A stretch of DNA of 64,000 nt from an uncultured Nitrospiraceae bacterium (GTDB taxonomy: Bacteria; Nitrospirota; Thermodesulfovibrionia; Thermodesulfovibrionales; Dissulfurispiraceae). Below, piece by piece: positions 43,124 through 52,957 of the stretch. Location of the stretch: NCBI GenBank assembly GCA_963727805.1, contig CAVSHF010000003.1:128001-192000 (forward strand). Direction: 5' to 3'. The position numbers and the translations under genes were made by a program. The notes below the pieces were generated by a model, which had not been told where the DNA came from, searched no databases, and was given only the letters and a program-made list of their open reading frames with translations. The stretch's first letter is position 1. Every line of letters begins with the position of its first letter.

Positions 43124-43525
43124 GTGAATAATTCAACAGACTTGAGACATGGTAGACACTGTGTATTCCATATGCACGTACACTTGGTCTTTGTTGCCAA
43201 ATACCGCCGTAAGGTATTTACTCCAGCGGTTATTGCTACCCTGCAAACAGTCTTCGCAAAAATATGCGAAGACTTTGAAGCAGCACTGGTTGAATGTGAT
43301 GGAGACTACGACCATGTGCACTTGCTGATCAATTACCCTCCCAAGACCTCCGTATCTAGGTTGGTTAACAGTCTCAAGGGGGCATCCTCACGCAGACTAA
43401 AAACCAAACACCCCGGACTGAAGAGATTCTACTGGAAGGGGACTCTTTGGTCTCCCAGCTACTTCGCCGCCAGCTGCGGCGGAGCACCAATCTCTATTAT
43501 CCGGCAATACATCGAAAATCAATAA
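43124..43525 (+). CDS. tnpA: IS200/IS605 Y1 transposase TnpA
   Basis: HLVFVAKYRR, DHVHLL (HUH), LKGASSR, LWSPSYF, catalytic Y in RQYIENQ. Confidence 0.93.
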   Translation: MNNSTDLRHGRHCVFHMHVHLVFVAKYRRKVFTPAVIATLQTVFAKICEDFEAALVECDGDYDHVHLLINYPPKTSVSRLVNSLKGASSRRLKTKHPGLKRFYWKGTLWSPSYFAASCGGAPISIIRQYIENQ

Positions 43526-43610
43526 CTGCCACGACACGGCTTATATCTTCGCCGTGAACAGACAGGGTTTTACGCCGCCCCCTGATAAAAAGGCAGAGCA
43601 TCAGAGTAAT

Positions 43611-43760
43611 ATGTGCGGGAGATATGATCTTCATTCTGAGCCACCTGTGATCCTGAGAGAGATCAGGATTGACCACTTCGCCATCGATTCTAATCCCGGT
43701 TTCAACATCGCGCCCACGCGTAAAATACTTATAGTCAAGGATGAGAGGAAGAAACATTGA
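43611..43760 (+). pseudogene. N-terminal remnant of an SRAP (YedK/HMCES) protein
   Basis: MCGRY...PGFNIAPT..ILIV, then stop after 49 aa. Confidence 0.75.
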
Positions 43761-44028
43761 TATGTACATTGCACTTACTAATCGATAGCAAAATAAGAAG
43801 TGACAAGATTATTACGATAGCGATATGCTGTCTCAATAATGCTCTTGAGTTTTGATGCAGCAATGGTTGATAATTCAACATTCTTGCAGGATTAATTTAC
43901 TGGCTCACAAACAAGTGTTTTAGAGATAGGAAAGGAGGACAATAACCGTAGAGAATTCTACATATGGCGAGGTTGTGTTTTAATCTGGGCCGCCATGAGA
44001 AATGATGACGCGGATAAAGGAGATTCGG

Positions 44029-45399
44029 ATGGTAAAGAAGATACGGTCGATCAATCCCTTCACCGGGGACGTGATGAATGAGTTCCAACTTATGTCCCCA
44101 AGACAAATCAATGATGAAATCGCTCTTTCGCGGAAGGCGTGTTCAGTGTGGAAAACCACGCCGGTGGAAGAACGGACGGGTTACATAAAGCGGCTCGCCG
44201 GGCAGCTTAGAGTTGAGAAAAGGATATATGCAGAGCTGATGACCAAGGAGATGGGCAAGCCTATTCGGGAATCGCTTGCCGAGGTCGAAAAATGTGCGTG
44301 GCTGTGCGACTACTATTCAGAGGCAGCTTCACAGTTCCTCAAAAAAGAGTACATCAAGACTGAGGCGGTGAAAAGTTACGTAACATTCGAGCCCCTCGGC
44401 ATCGTGCTTGCGATCATGCCCTGGAATTTCCCGTTCTGGCAGGCCTTTAGGTTTGGCATCCCAGCAATCTGCGCCGGTAACGTTGTTGTTCTTAAGCACG
44501 CATCCAATGTGCCGATGTGCGCGCTCGCCATTGAAGAGGCATTCAAAAAGGCCGGTTTCCCAGACCATGTTTTCACTACGCTTCTCATAGACGCAAAGGG
44601 TGCAAATAAACTTATCGATCAGGATAAGGTCGATGCGGTGTCACTTACGGGAAGCAATAAGGCTGGGATGGAAGTTGGAGCCCGGGCTGGGGCCAGGATA
44701 AAGAAGATTGTACTGGAACTTGGAGGTTCTGATCCGTTCATTGTGCTGGCCGATGCGGATGTCGAAAAGGCTGCTAGGATGGCGGTTAGCGCCCGGATGA
44801 TCAACGCCGGCCAAAGCTGTATTGCGGCAAAACGCTTCATCATTCACGAAAAGATTGCCAATGAGTTCAAAACTATATTTTCCGGTCGCCTCAGGGAGAT
44901 TAAGATTGGCGATCCTATGGACGATTCGACCGATATGGGACCTCTTGCCAGGCCTGACATAGTTACAATCCTTAACGAACAGCTCAAGGATGCAAGGGAG
45001 AAGGGCGCTGAAGTTATGCAGCCCGGACACGCCTTCAGCAGGGGTTTTTTCTTTGCGCCCTGCGCTGTATATAATCCAACGAAGGACATGAAAGTTCTGA
45101 CCGACGAGGTCTTCGGCCCGATCGCGCCAGTCATTGTTGTGAAGGATGAGGACGAGGCAGTCGGGCTCGCAAACGACACGGAATACGGCCTCGGCGCATC
45201 CATCTGGTGCAGAAACATCGAGAGGGCGGAGAGGATCGCCGTTCGGCTTGAGGTTGGAACAGTAGCGATCAATGACATGGTTAAGTCCGATCCTCGCCTG
45301 CCCTTCGGCGGTGTGAAAAAATCCGGGATTGGCAGAGAGCTGTCTCACTACGGGCTGAAGGAATTCGTGAATATCAAGAGCGTTGTGGTGAAAGAGTAA
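44029..45399 (+). CDS. NAD(P)-dependent succinate-semialdehyde dehydrogenase (Sad/GabD-like aldehyde dehydrogenase)
   Basis: [66 protein letters not shown] before 44029. Confidence 0.92.
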   Translation: MVKKIRSINPFTGDVMNEFQLMSPRQINDEIALSRKACSVWKTTPVEERTGYIKRLAGQLRVEKRIYAELMTKEMGKPIRESLAEVEKCAWLCDYYSEAASQFLKKEYIKTEAVKSYVTFEPLGIVLAIMPWNFPFWQAFRFGIPAICAGNVVVLKHASNVPMCALAIEEAFKKAGFPDHVFTTLLIDAKGANKLIDQDKVDAVSLTGSNKAGMEVGARAGARIKKIVLELGGSDPFIVLADADVEKAARMAVSARMINAGQSCIAAKRFIIHEKIANEFKTIFSGRLREIKIGDPMDDSTDMGPLARPDIVTILNEQLKDAREKGAEVMQPGHAFSRGFFFAPCAVYNPTKDMKVLTDEVFGPIAPVIVVKDEDEAVGLANDTEYGLGASIWCRNIERAERIAVRLEVGTVAINDMVKSDPRLPFGGVKKSGIGRELSHYGLKEFVNIKSVVVKE

Positions 45400-45530
45400 T
45401 GATGTAGGCATCCGTTCTGTTCGTAAGGCAACTTGAAGAAGAGGGTGTGGAGTACGTCTTCGGCTGGCCTGTGGAAGAAAATCTTAACTTCCTCGAATCC
45501 TTCTTCACCTCATCGATTACCCTGCTATGA
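45399..45530 (+). pseudogene. N-terminal remnant of an acetolactate-synthase-like TPP enzyme
   Basis: MM*ASVLFVRQLEEEGVEYVFGWPVEENLNFLES, translationally coupled to the SSADH stop. Confidence 0.75.
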
Positions 45531-45670
45531 AAAGGTGTGGAAATATGATAACACAAAAAAACTTGACTGAAATCGACAAAATCGGCTTAATTTTGTCACA
45601 TTTTCAATTTATTGTGGTAGACTTGTTGCTGAAAAAGACAGCTTGGTCTAATAATTGTGAGTAGACAAAT

Positions 45671-46135
45671 ATGGAACACTATATCTCAGAAGTAACTCGA
45701 AGAGCGATCATTGATCACCTCACAATCTCTGGACTCAAATGGAGTGGCAGACTGCAAGAAGACGAATTCCTTGGTCGTCTTTATGATTTGATCTCTATGC
45801 CCTCGACAGATCGCCGAGTTTGGAATGTAGCTAGTGAAATTATCCAGCACCGGGTGATTTGGAATGACTGGACTGATGATTGGGTATTAACCGATCCTCG
45901 CTTTAACTTGCTATATGAATCCGATGAACGATTCCTGCGATTTCTATGCGAAACAGTTCATCCAGTGGTGCGGCCTAATACATACGAGGCTCTATACTTA
46001 GTAGACTATTATAACGACAAACTTATAAGGGACGGCTGGCGGATAGTTGAGGTGAAGCTCATTTCAGGGAAACCAATCTTCAATCATCAGCAGGCAGATG
46101 AGGCATCCATGATGGGGTCGGCCCTTGACAATTGA
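45671..46135 (+). CDS. AbiJ N-terminal domain 3 (AbiJ_NTD3)-like protein with no effector domain
   Basis: ISEVTRRAIID..WSGRL.E.EFL.RLYDL..MPSTD.R..QHRV..DW.DDWV.TD.RF.L..DE.FLRFLCET.HPVVR..ISGKPIF pattern, recognised from memory of the family. Confidence 0.7.
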   Translation: MEHYISEVTRRAIIDHLTISGLKWSGRLQEDEFLGRLYDLISMPSTDRRVWNVASEIIQHRVIWNDWTDDWVLTDPRFNLLYESDERFLRFLCETVHPVVRPNTYEALYLVDYYNDKLIRDGWRIVEVKLISGKPIFNHQQADEASMMGSALDN

Positions 46136-46401
46136 CATGGCGAATTGTTGTTCACAACCGAACAGAGATGCGATAAAACAGAGCTAAGCGGAAACTGAAA
46201 ACATCGAGCCCAGGGAGTACAAAGTGCCATTGTGGCAGTGCCAGCAAACAGTAGCAGGCTGACGGCAAAATCGCTGTAGGTGGCCACTCTATGACGGCCA
46301 CTGCATTAGTTGCTTGAAGTATACACATAACCTTAGGCATATGAAACAATGCCACTTTCATGCCGAAGTCTATGGACATGGCTGTTCCAACAAGCAGTTA
46401 G

Positions 46402-46935
46402 TCAGTAATTTGTGATGTTATTGATGGCCTTCAGTTGAAAATCAGCATCTTCCCAAATTTTGTGGATTGAATCTTCCCCTATGCTTTTCCAGTATTGACC
46501 AGTCGGTGCATAAATGTGGGACTGGGTCGTAAATCGATATTTGAGGACGATACGTTCAACGTCCTGTCCAACATAAATACGTCCTTTAAGCCCGGAATCA
46601 AAGAAGGGAAATTCCAACTTATATCTCCACAATAAAAGACCGTCCCTATAGATCGTCAAAAGATCTGAATAAGCCTGCACGAGATCCTTTTCTCGCCGCG
46701 TAGTCGTCTGGTCTTTTAGCTCTGCAATTTCGATAGAAAGCTCTTGTATGCGATCCGCAACCTGTTGGTAAGAGGCTCCTGCATCAATCGAGGCTTTTAC
46801 GCCCTGAGCCGTGGCGCTTATTTTCCTATATTTGTTTTTATCTATCCCAGGTTCCGATGAGCATGCTCCATTAAAAAAACAGACGATGAACAGCATTATT
46901 AAGAGGTAGTGACGTTTCTCCATATTAATTTTCAC
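46402..46935 (-). CDS. Hypothetical lipoprotein
   Basis: Hydrophobic leader ending NGAC; 177-aa ORF. Confidence 0.7.
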   Translation of the reverse strand: MKINMEKRHYLLIMLFIVCFFNGACSSEPGIDKNKYRKISATAQGVKASIDAGASYQQVADRIQELSIEIAELKDQTTTRREKDLVQAYSDLLTIYRDGLLLWRYKLEFPFFDSGLKGRIYVGQDVERIVLKYRFTTQSHIYAPTGQYWKSIGEDSIHKIWEDADFQLKAINNITNY

Positions 46936-47779
46936 TCCAAAAACGATAGCAACAATATATAAATATATGATAGCTGCTATCCCTTTTTTTATTCGGATAG
47001 ATTGCCACTTGGCGTCCGATTAGCACAACGTGCAACAATTTTCTTGTCGTTTGGGTCCGGGGAAAATAGATCAGATTTGCTGAGGTGATATCCATATTTG
47101 TGTTCCTTTGTCACGTTTGCAGGGGACCCCGAAATTCCTTTCGTCTGGGATTGTGAGGAACAGCCGTCAAATCTGCCTCTATTTCGATCTTACCATTGCT
47201 GATTGAAATCTGCACAATTATATCACGATTTCATCGGAGTGCTACAGGAAGAAAATTAGATTTTATCAGATAGCGCACATCGCTATGGATGATGGAGATA
47301 TCCACCTGTGGCTAGCCGACTTCGAAAAGCCTCTTGCGTTTTTCATTTCAGTGTTTGTGACCCGCTGGGCTTATGCACAGCAGCAATCGGAGATCTCTCT
47401 TTGATAGTGTACGCTTATCTGACGACTTATATGCTTTTTTAATAAAGTTAGATGGGTTCTAAAATAAGATTGCCCGATAAAATGCCCACATTGACGCATA
47501 CTTGCCTTCCCTGCGTTCCGGGTCAAAACGATAAAGGGCATATATTACTCCTAGCGATATCCCACACAATATTATCAGATCGGGCATTGTATCAGTGCAC
47601 TCCTTTCTCGTTGCGGCTTTAGTAATCTTCTTTCTTGTGAGGATGTTCTAGTCTAGCAAAGAAACGCACCATTGTATCTTATGTAATATTATAACCCCTT
47701 ATGATTAGAGAAACTATCAGTATATTGCTGATTATGTTGTAATACTTTATTGCAATAGCTTGGAAGTGTTCATCTGACA

Positions 47780-48161
47780 GTGATCCTGTCCAGAGTGTAA
47801 AAGAAGTCAATGAATGAAATTATACTGGACAGCGCTTAAAGGAAGCAGCTAAGGCACGGGGTGAGGCAGAAACAATATTAAGTCGTTAAGAAATCTGAAG
47901 GGGAAACACTTAGCCAAAAGCTGCTAGGCGAGGCCCTCGCGAATCAGCTTAAGGCAATTATCGTTGGACTCCAGTCTTCGCCGGAAGATTTTTCAGAAGA
48001 GCATACCTGACACAATATTGTGATACTTTAAAGTCGATCGGAGAGGTTGGGAAGAGCAACACGATATTCATCCCACATGGTCCTGCAGCGGGCGGGGACT
48101 TATCGCTCACATCCGCAATGCCATGCTGGCTGGCAAACGCGGCAACAATCACGTCGGCTTA
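47780..48161 (+). pseudogene. C-terminal remnant of an SPFH/band-7 (HIR-like) protein
   Basis: Across frameshifts: KSMNEI..QRLKEAAKARGEAE.IL.VVKK.EGE...L.G...ANQ.KAI..GL..S / [22 protein letters not shown]. Confidence 0.7.
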
Positions 48162-48422
48162 AAACAAGAGCCAAAGGGGGAGTAATTCAGAGTGCCCGCC
48201 CGGAGAGTTGCCTGCTAAGTTAGAGCGGATAGAACAAGTTGGCCTGAGGAAATGTCCACAGTTCAATTGCTAGCAGTTCAATCCCTCAACATTGAGGAAT
48301 TCAAATGGGGAATAGTGAGGACAAGAAAAAATTGGGGGACTTGAGATGAGTGGCGAACTACTGGGGAAATGGGACTCGCTTTGTTGTCTGAGATATAATG
48401 ATATGATTAACCAAAGAGGTAC

Positions 48423-48758
48423 ATGATGAAAACTATCGTCTTACTTTTTGTCATCGCAATAACAACACAAGCATTAGGTGCGGAAAGAGGTTACAAAGAC
48501 TGGACGAACGCGAATAAGAATGAGTCCTTCCATATTGATAATTAGGGTACAACAAAACAGCAATCTCCTGATATTGATCCCTTAGTGAATAGAGCAAATG
48601 AACTAATGGATGGTAATCACTGTGACAAGGGCAGATGCCCCGAGCTTCATGATATAACATGGAAACTTCAAACCTTCTGGCTTAACGCTAGCTATGACGA
48701 TCGCAAGAGAATAGATTCTGTTAGGATCGCTACTGAAAAATGTTGTGGGAAGCTTTAA
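48423..48758 (+). pseudogene. Small secreted Cys-containing protein interrupted by an in-frame TAG
   Basis: RBS AGAGGT, signal peptide MMKTIVLLFVIAITTQALG, TAG at 48543-48545, frame stays open to TAA 48756-48758 (HCDKGRCPEL...EKCCGKL). Confidence 0.55.
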
Positions 48759-48956
48759 GTAGTAGAAAGCGTCAAAGTGGCTGTATAAACCCGATATGGC
48801 ATTTTCATTCCGCTCTGGTTTTTTTTAGCAATTTTATCAATCGTTTCAATGACGGAGTGGCAACCTCAAATATAGTTAGTGACCAATGTTTTGGGCCAAA
48901 ATTGCAGGCCAATGGTGGTTCAGTGTTTCATGCGGGCTACAAAACAGACCTAGCAC

Positions 48957-49138
48957 TGTCAACACTTTTGTCAAAACATGTCGAAGAAATAGACACTATT
49001 TATTAGAAATCAACGGAAGTAAAAGAGATAGCAGAAGACACATAACAATATGATAAATAAATGTAATTAGCCCGGCACTTCTATAAACAGGACATTTCTA
49101 CTTTGCCGAAAAGAGGACATTTCTAAATTGCCTTGACA
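48957..49138. mobile_element. Probable ISNCY-type MITE / paired IS ends
   Basis: Begins TGTCAA and ends TTGACA; tandem subterminal AGGACATTTCTA repeats on the right and repeated TGTC motifs on the left; no ORF. Confidence 0.5.
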
Positions 49139-49174
49139 CTACAGTGTATAAAATAATAGTGCATAAAATAATAG

Positions 49175-49203
49175 TTGACATCATAGCTCAAGTATTATAT
49201 AAT
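49175..49203 (+). promoter_or_regulatory. Perfect-consensus sigma70 promoter
   Basis: TTGACA (49175-49180), 17-bp spacer, TATAAT (49198-49203); AT-rich upstream tandem ATAAAATAATAGT x2. Confidence 0.85.
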
Positions 49204-49209
49204 TAAATC

Positions 49210-49444
49210 AGAGAGAGGGAACTCTCTCTACACCTTTCTCCAAGTAGGGGTGTTTGATACGGGAGAAGGGAGCTTCGAAAGAGGCTGAAGGGGCTGCATT
49301 AGACAGTCCCTGGTTAGCTGAGGGGAATGTAGTTATGGATGGTAGTCGTATCCATCAGCTAACCGAAGAGGTTGCCAGAAGTTTTCTGGCACCCTTTAAA
49401 AAGTGAGGTAGGCGGCTTAAGTGCCATCTACCTCTTGTTTTTTG
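49210..49444 (+). ncRNA. Uncharacterised ~235-nt highly structured non-coding RNA (candidate)
   Basis: Starts 7 nt after TATAAT; six consecutive hairpins (two with GNRA loops) plus a terminator; no ORF in the track. Confidence 0.7.
49405..49444 (+). terminator. Intrinsic terminator
   Basis: GAGGTAGGCGGC-ttaagt-GCCATCTACCTC followed by TTGTTTTTTG. Confidence 0.8.
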
Positions 49445-49560
49445 TAATGCGTCATCTGTTGTTGATTCTATTTATGTCACATTAAGGGGTTAGATGATTT
49501 AAACGCCGTTAAGTGGTGAATTGTGACCCATGAGAATAATCCGCTGCACATGCAATAACA

Positions 49561-50376
49561 ATGATAAACATTAAACTGATAGTGCTTCTTATAGCCATAC
49601 TTATAATATTGATTCTGATTCTTTCCGGCCGCAATCTCCAAAGGAACATGCTTTACTATCCGAGCACGCATTTGCCCTCACAAGCCTCTCTCTCAGCTTA
49701 TAATATGCAATTCTGGCCTTCCGACTCGAACAACTATCGCGGGTTCATTAGTACGGTGCAAGCTAACAAGTCAAAGGGAACGATAGTAGTTTTCCATGGA
49801 AATGCTGGCACGGCAGCGGACAGAATATATTATGTGAAAGCATTGACCTATCTCGGATATCGAGTGATACTCGCGGAATATCCTGGATATGGAGCGCGAA
49901 AGGGGGAGTTGGGAGAAGAGTCTTTTGTGCATGACGCTAAAGAGACCCTGCAACTAGTTTCCGAAAAATATGGGGGTCCGATATTTCTATTAGGAGAATC
50001 GCTCGGCTGCGGCGTTGCTGCGGCGATTGCGAAGGAATCGCCCACAAAGATTGATGGAATAATACTCATCACTCCGTGGGATACGTTGCTATCCGTAAGC
50101 CATGAAAAGTTTCCCTGGCTTCCTGTTTGGCTATTTATGCGGGATAAGTATGATACAATTGGCAATCTGAAAGCCTATCCGGGAAGAAGTGCAATAATTG
50201 CAGCTGAACGGGATGAAGTGATCCCAATACAACACGCACAGGCACTATTTAGATCACTGTCAGGCTCCCATAAGATGTACACAATCAAAGGGGCAGGTCA
50301 TAACGATTGGCCGGGAATGGTGGACCTCGAATGGTGGCGGGAGATAACGGATTTCGTTCAAGGCAGGGTAATGTGA
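49561..50376 (+). CDS. Alpha/beta hydrolase (ABHD13/17-like)
   Basis: FHGNAG, EYPGYG, GESLG nucleophile, ERDEVIP, GAGHND. Confidence 0.92.
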   Translation: MINIKLIVLLIAILIILILILSGRNLQRNMLYYPSTHLPSQASLSAYNMQFWPSDSNNYRGFISTVQANKSKGTIVVFHGNAGTAADRIYYVKALTYLGYRVILAEYPGYGARKGELGEESFVHDAKETLQLVSEKYGGPIFLLGESLGCGVAAAIAKESPTKIDGIILITPWDTLLSVSHEKFPWLPVWLFMRDKYDTIGNLKAYPGRSAIIAAERDEVIPIQHAQALFRSLSGSHKMYTIKGAGHNDWPGMVDLEWWREITDFVQGRVM

Positions 50377-50529
50377 GTTTTGCGGGTCAGCTAGGTTTAT
50401 ATGCTGATTTCGGCACTTCAATAAATGCATATCAGTATTTGTCCTACACAAGAGCTTATATTTACCCTACAATAAAATCAGTTTATTCCTGATAAAAAGT
50501 CCCCATCTAAAGAGTTAAAATATATACCA

Positions 50530-50892
50530 ATGAAACTGAGAAGGACAAATCTGCTTTCCGTCCAGACAAGATGGATATTATTTATCATTGGCATTCTCAC
50601 AAGTTTAATATTTGTTTTTATTGTGAGCTTCCACGATTATTTGCCTGAACATCCCCCTCATTACCTCCTTCTTGCTGAGGATAAACTCAAGCAGTTGTTC
50701 AAATCAGTGCCCGTAAAAGATAAGGAAATTGTAAAATCACATAGTTTTTTTCTTATTCAAACAGAATATGACTCATCCCAGGCTGCTGCCCATCGATACT
50801 CAGCTTCAAATAGGATTGTCGTTCCAAATAGCAATAAACAGTTCGCGGGATCCCTTTCTCTCTCCGCTAATCTCTCGCCTCCTGCAGCCTAA
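50530..50892 (+). CDS. Hypothetical single-TM protein
   Basis: N-terminal TM segment; 120-aa ORF. Confidence 0.45.
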   Translation: MKLRRTNLLSVQTRWILFIIGILTSLIFVFIVSFHDYLPEHPPHYLLLAEDKLKQLFKSVPVKDKEIVKSHSFFLIQTEYDSSQAAAHRYSASNRIVVPNSNKQFAGSLSLSANLSPPAA

Positions 50893-51017
50893 TTCTCTCT
50901 TCACCGAATAAGATCGTCATTACGAATGTCTATAAGAAGGGACATGTTGAAAGGATAGATTTGCAGACTTTAACTGTGTCTTTGTTTAGAACGTGGATTT
51001 GATCAATGGAGGTATGT

Positions 51018-51455
51018 ATGTTTACCGTAAAAGTCAGTAAGCCAGTGGTTCGCACAGCCGGCTTTATTAATAAACCGCGTGAAATCAATGTATCGAGAAA
51101 TACTCGCAATATTCTTGTTGTGGATGCCGACCGCAATGTACTTAAACAGATTTCGCAAAGTTTTGCCATCTGCGCAAAACACTATAACATTTTAACAGCC
51201 CACAATGGACGGGAGGCAGTGGAAACACTGCAATCAAATCCGGTAGATATTCTGCTTACTGACTTGCATGTGGCGGCCATTAATGGTTTTTCGCTAATGG
51301 ATTACACGAGATTCTATTATCCTGCCACACGGATATTTGTTATGTCGGAAGGTGACCCATCAACAATAAAAAACATTGTGAGTAATTTGGGAATTTGTGG
51401 ATACATAAGCAAACCCTATCGGATTGAAATGATTTATAGCGTTTTAAGAATCTAA
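51018..51455 (+). CDS. Single-domain response regulator (REC), paralog A
   Basis: ILVVDAD, A.NG.EA, DILLTD, MSEG, YISKP; GGAGG before ATG 51018. Confidence 0.85.
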   Translation: MFTVKVSKPVVRTAGFINKPREINVSRNTRNILVVDADRNVLKQISQSFAICAKHYNILTAHNGREAVETLQSNPVDILLTDLHVAAINGFSLMDYTRFYYPATRIFVMSEGDPSTIKNIVSNLGICGYISKPYRIEMIYSVLRI

Positions 51456-51673
51456 GTTATCGATAAGAAACGTAACGCCTAATTGCTGGACATTACTCTT
51501 GGCCGCTTTAAGTGATAGGGGAAAAGAGGCAAACTGGAAAAAAGGCCTGTACGATTAACCCTCTAGTGCCTAACCCATTGATAATATCCTTTTTTGCTTA
51601 TAACTTTTTAAAATGGCGGGCAAGGTTGCATACCTGTTTTAGCCCATAAAATACTTTTCAGGAGGTAAGCATC

Positions 51674-52033
51674 ATGTCGACACTTGTGCATTTTGAGATC
51701 CCGGCGGATGATATCCGCAGGGCAAAAGATTTCTATACCAAGCTCTTTGGCTGGGGCATCGAAGAAATAAAGGGCACGGACTACTGGATGATTACAACAA
51801 GCGGCGAGTGCCCCGTTAATGGTGGAATTATGAAAAGGCAGAGCCCGCAGCAAGGGATAACAAATTATGTGGACGTTATTTCCGTTGCAGACCATACACT
51901 TCAGGTAGAACAGCTCGGCGGCAAAATAATAGTCCCGAAAACCGCGGTTCCCGGCATGGGATATTTTGTTGTCTGCCTCGACACTGAAAATAATCCCTTT
52001 GGCCTATGGGAGGGGAATAAAGACGCAAAGTAA
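51674..52033 (+). CDS. VOC/glyoxalase-family protein
   Basis: VHFEIPADD..RA..FY..LFGW, GGI, PKTAVPGMG.F...DTENN.FGLW. Confidence 0.92.
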   Translation: MSTLVHFEIPADDIRRAKDFYTKLFGWGIEEIKGTDYWMITTSGECPVNGGIMKRQSPQQGITNYVDVISVADHTLQVEQLGGKIIVPKTAVPGMGYFVVCLDTENNPFGLWEGNKDAK

Positions 52034-52557
52034 AATTAAATTGTCCTCGGCGAGCTAGGAGAAGACGGTAACGCTAGAAAGGTGCCGACCGCTGATATCC
52101 GTCTTATTCCCCACGTCATTTACTGGTCGTTAATGTGCAAAAGATGGGGCTTAGAAATATTCTATTGATGACTGCCTCTTCGCAACATCAACACTTGTGA
52201 TTACATACTTACATCATGTATTAAGATTGTACTTTTCAAGAAGTATGAAATAAAGGCAGCGTCTACCGCAATTTTTAATACTCTGTATTTTGGACAGCAG
52301 CTTGTTGTTTCGCGGAGTAGAAGCCATCACTTTTGTCATAATCTCATTATCAGATTTCTCTTCACTGACCTTTCCGTGAGGAATAAGCATTCCACCAGGC
52401 TGCATATCATTTTTTATGTTTTTCGCAAATGTCGCAATGTCATGAGGGGTACATATTACCGCAACAGGTCCGACTTTTAAATCGCTGCACATAGTTGAAC
52501 ATCGAGGGCGTCAATAATGCTGACAGTGGCAGTAATCCCCCTTGTTTCATATCTAAC

Positions 52558-52788
52558 TCACTCTCTCTCCGTTTTCATTAAACTGTATTTGTATCCCGGC
52601 ATATCATGGATACGTGCAGCATAAATTGCGGGAACGGGCGCTTCGTCGCAATAATTCATGTCCCGGTCATTTTGCATTTGTGGATATACACAACATGACC
52701 CTCGACTTTCCATTCTCCATATGAAGCACGTGATCGACAGTACGACAGGTGTGATTATCAAAAGCCACCACAGTAGATCATTGTACAT
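52558..52788 (-). CDS. Small hypothetical membrane protein
   Basis: RBS AAGGGGA; N-terminal TM segment. Confidence 0.5.
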   Translation of the reverse strand: MYNDLLWWLLIITPVVLSITCFIWRMESRGSCCVYPQMQNDRDMNYCDEAPVPAIYAARIHDMPGYKYSLMKTERE

Positions 52789-52937
52789 TTTTCATCCCCC
52801 TTTTGATTGAGGCAATGCTGGCCATGTACTCAACTCATCCTAAAAATAGCCATGAAAGCCCCTTATAATTGTCTTTTAATTCAATTATCTCAAAACGACA
52901 TCAATAATAATAGCCATAAAATGAGGAAGGTGAGGGT

Positions 52938-52957
52938 TTGGTGACATTAATCACCAA
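52938..52957. promoter_or_regulatory. Palindromic operator TTGGTGA-N6-TCACCAA
   Basis: Perfect 7-bp inverted repeat with 6-bp spacer, CRP/Rex-like geometry. Confidence 0.45.

Larger units (their letters stand above)
41878..43584. mobile_element. IS200/IS605-family element with divergent tnpA and tnpB (IS605/IS609-like)
   Basis: Right end on the minus strand GAATCCCCGTCTCTTTAGGGCGGGGAGTATG-TCAA|; left end TTAT|CAGG..GCGGCGTAAAACCC..GATATAAGCCG. Confidence 0.88.

Noticed and set aside
44641..45411. Long antisense ORFs (for example 256 aa opposite SSADH and 213 aa opposite larA)
   Set aside because: Shadow ORFs on the reverse strand of well-supported genes, with no recognisable motifs
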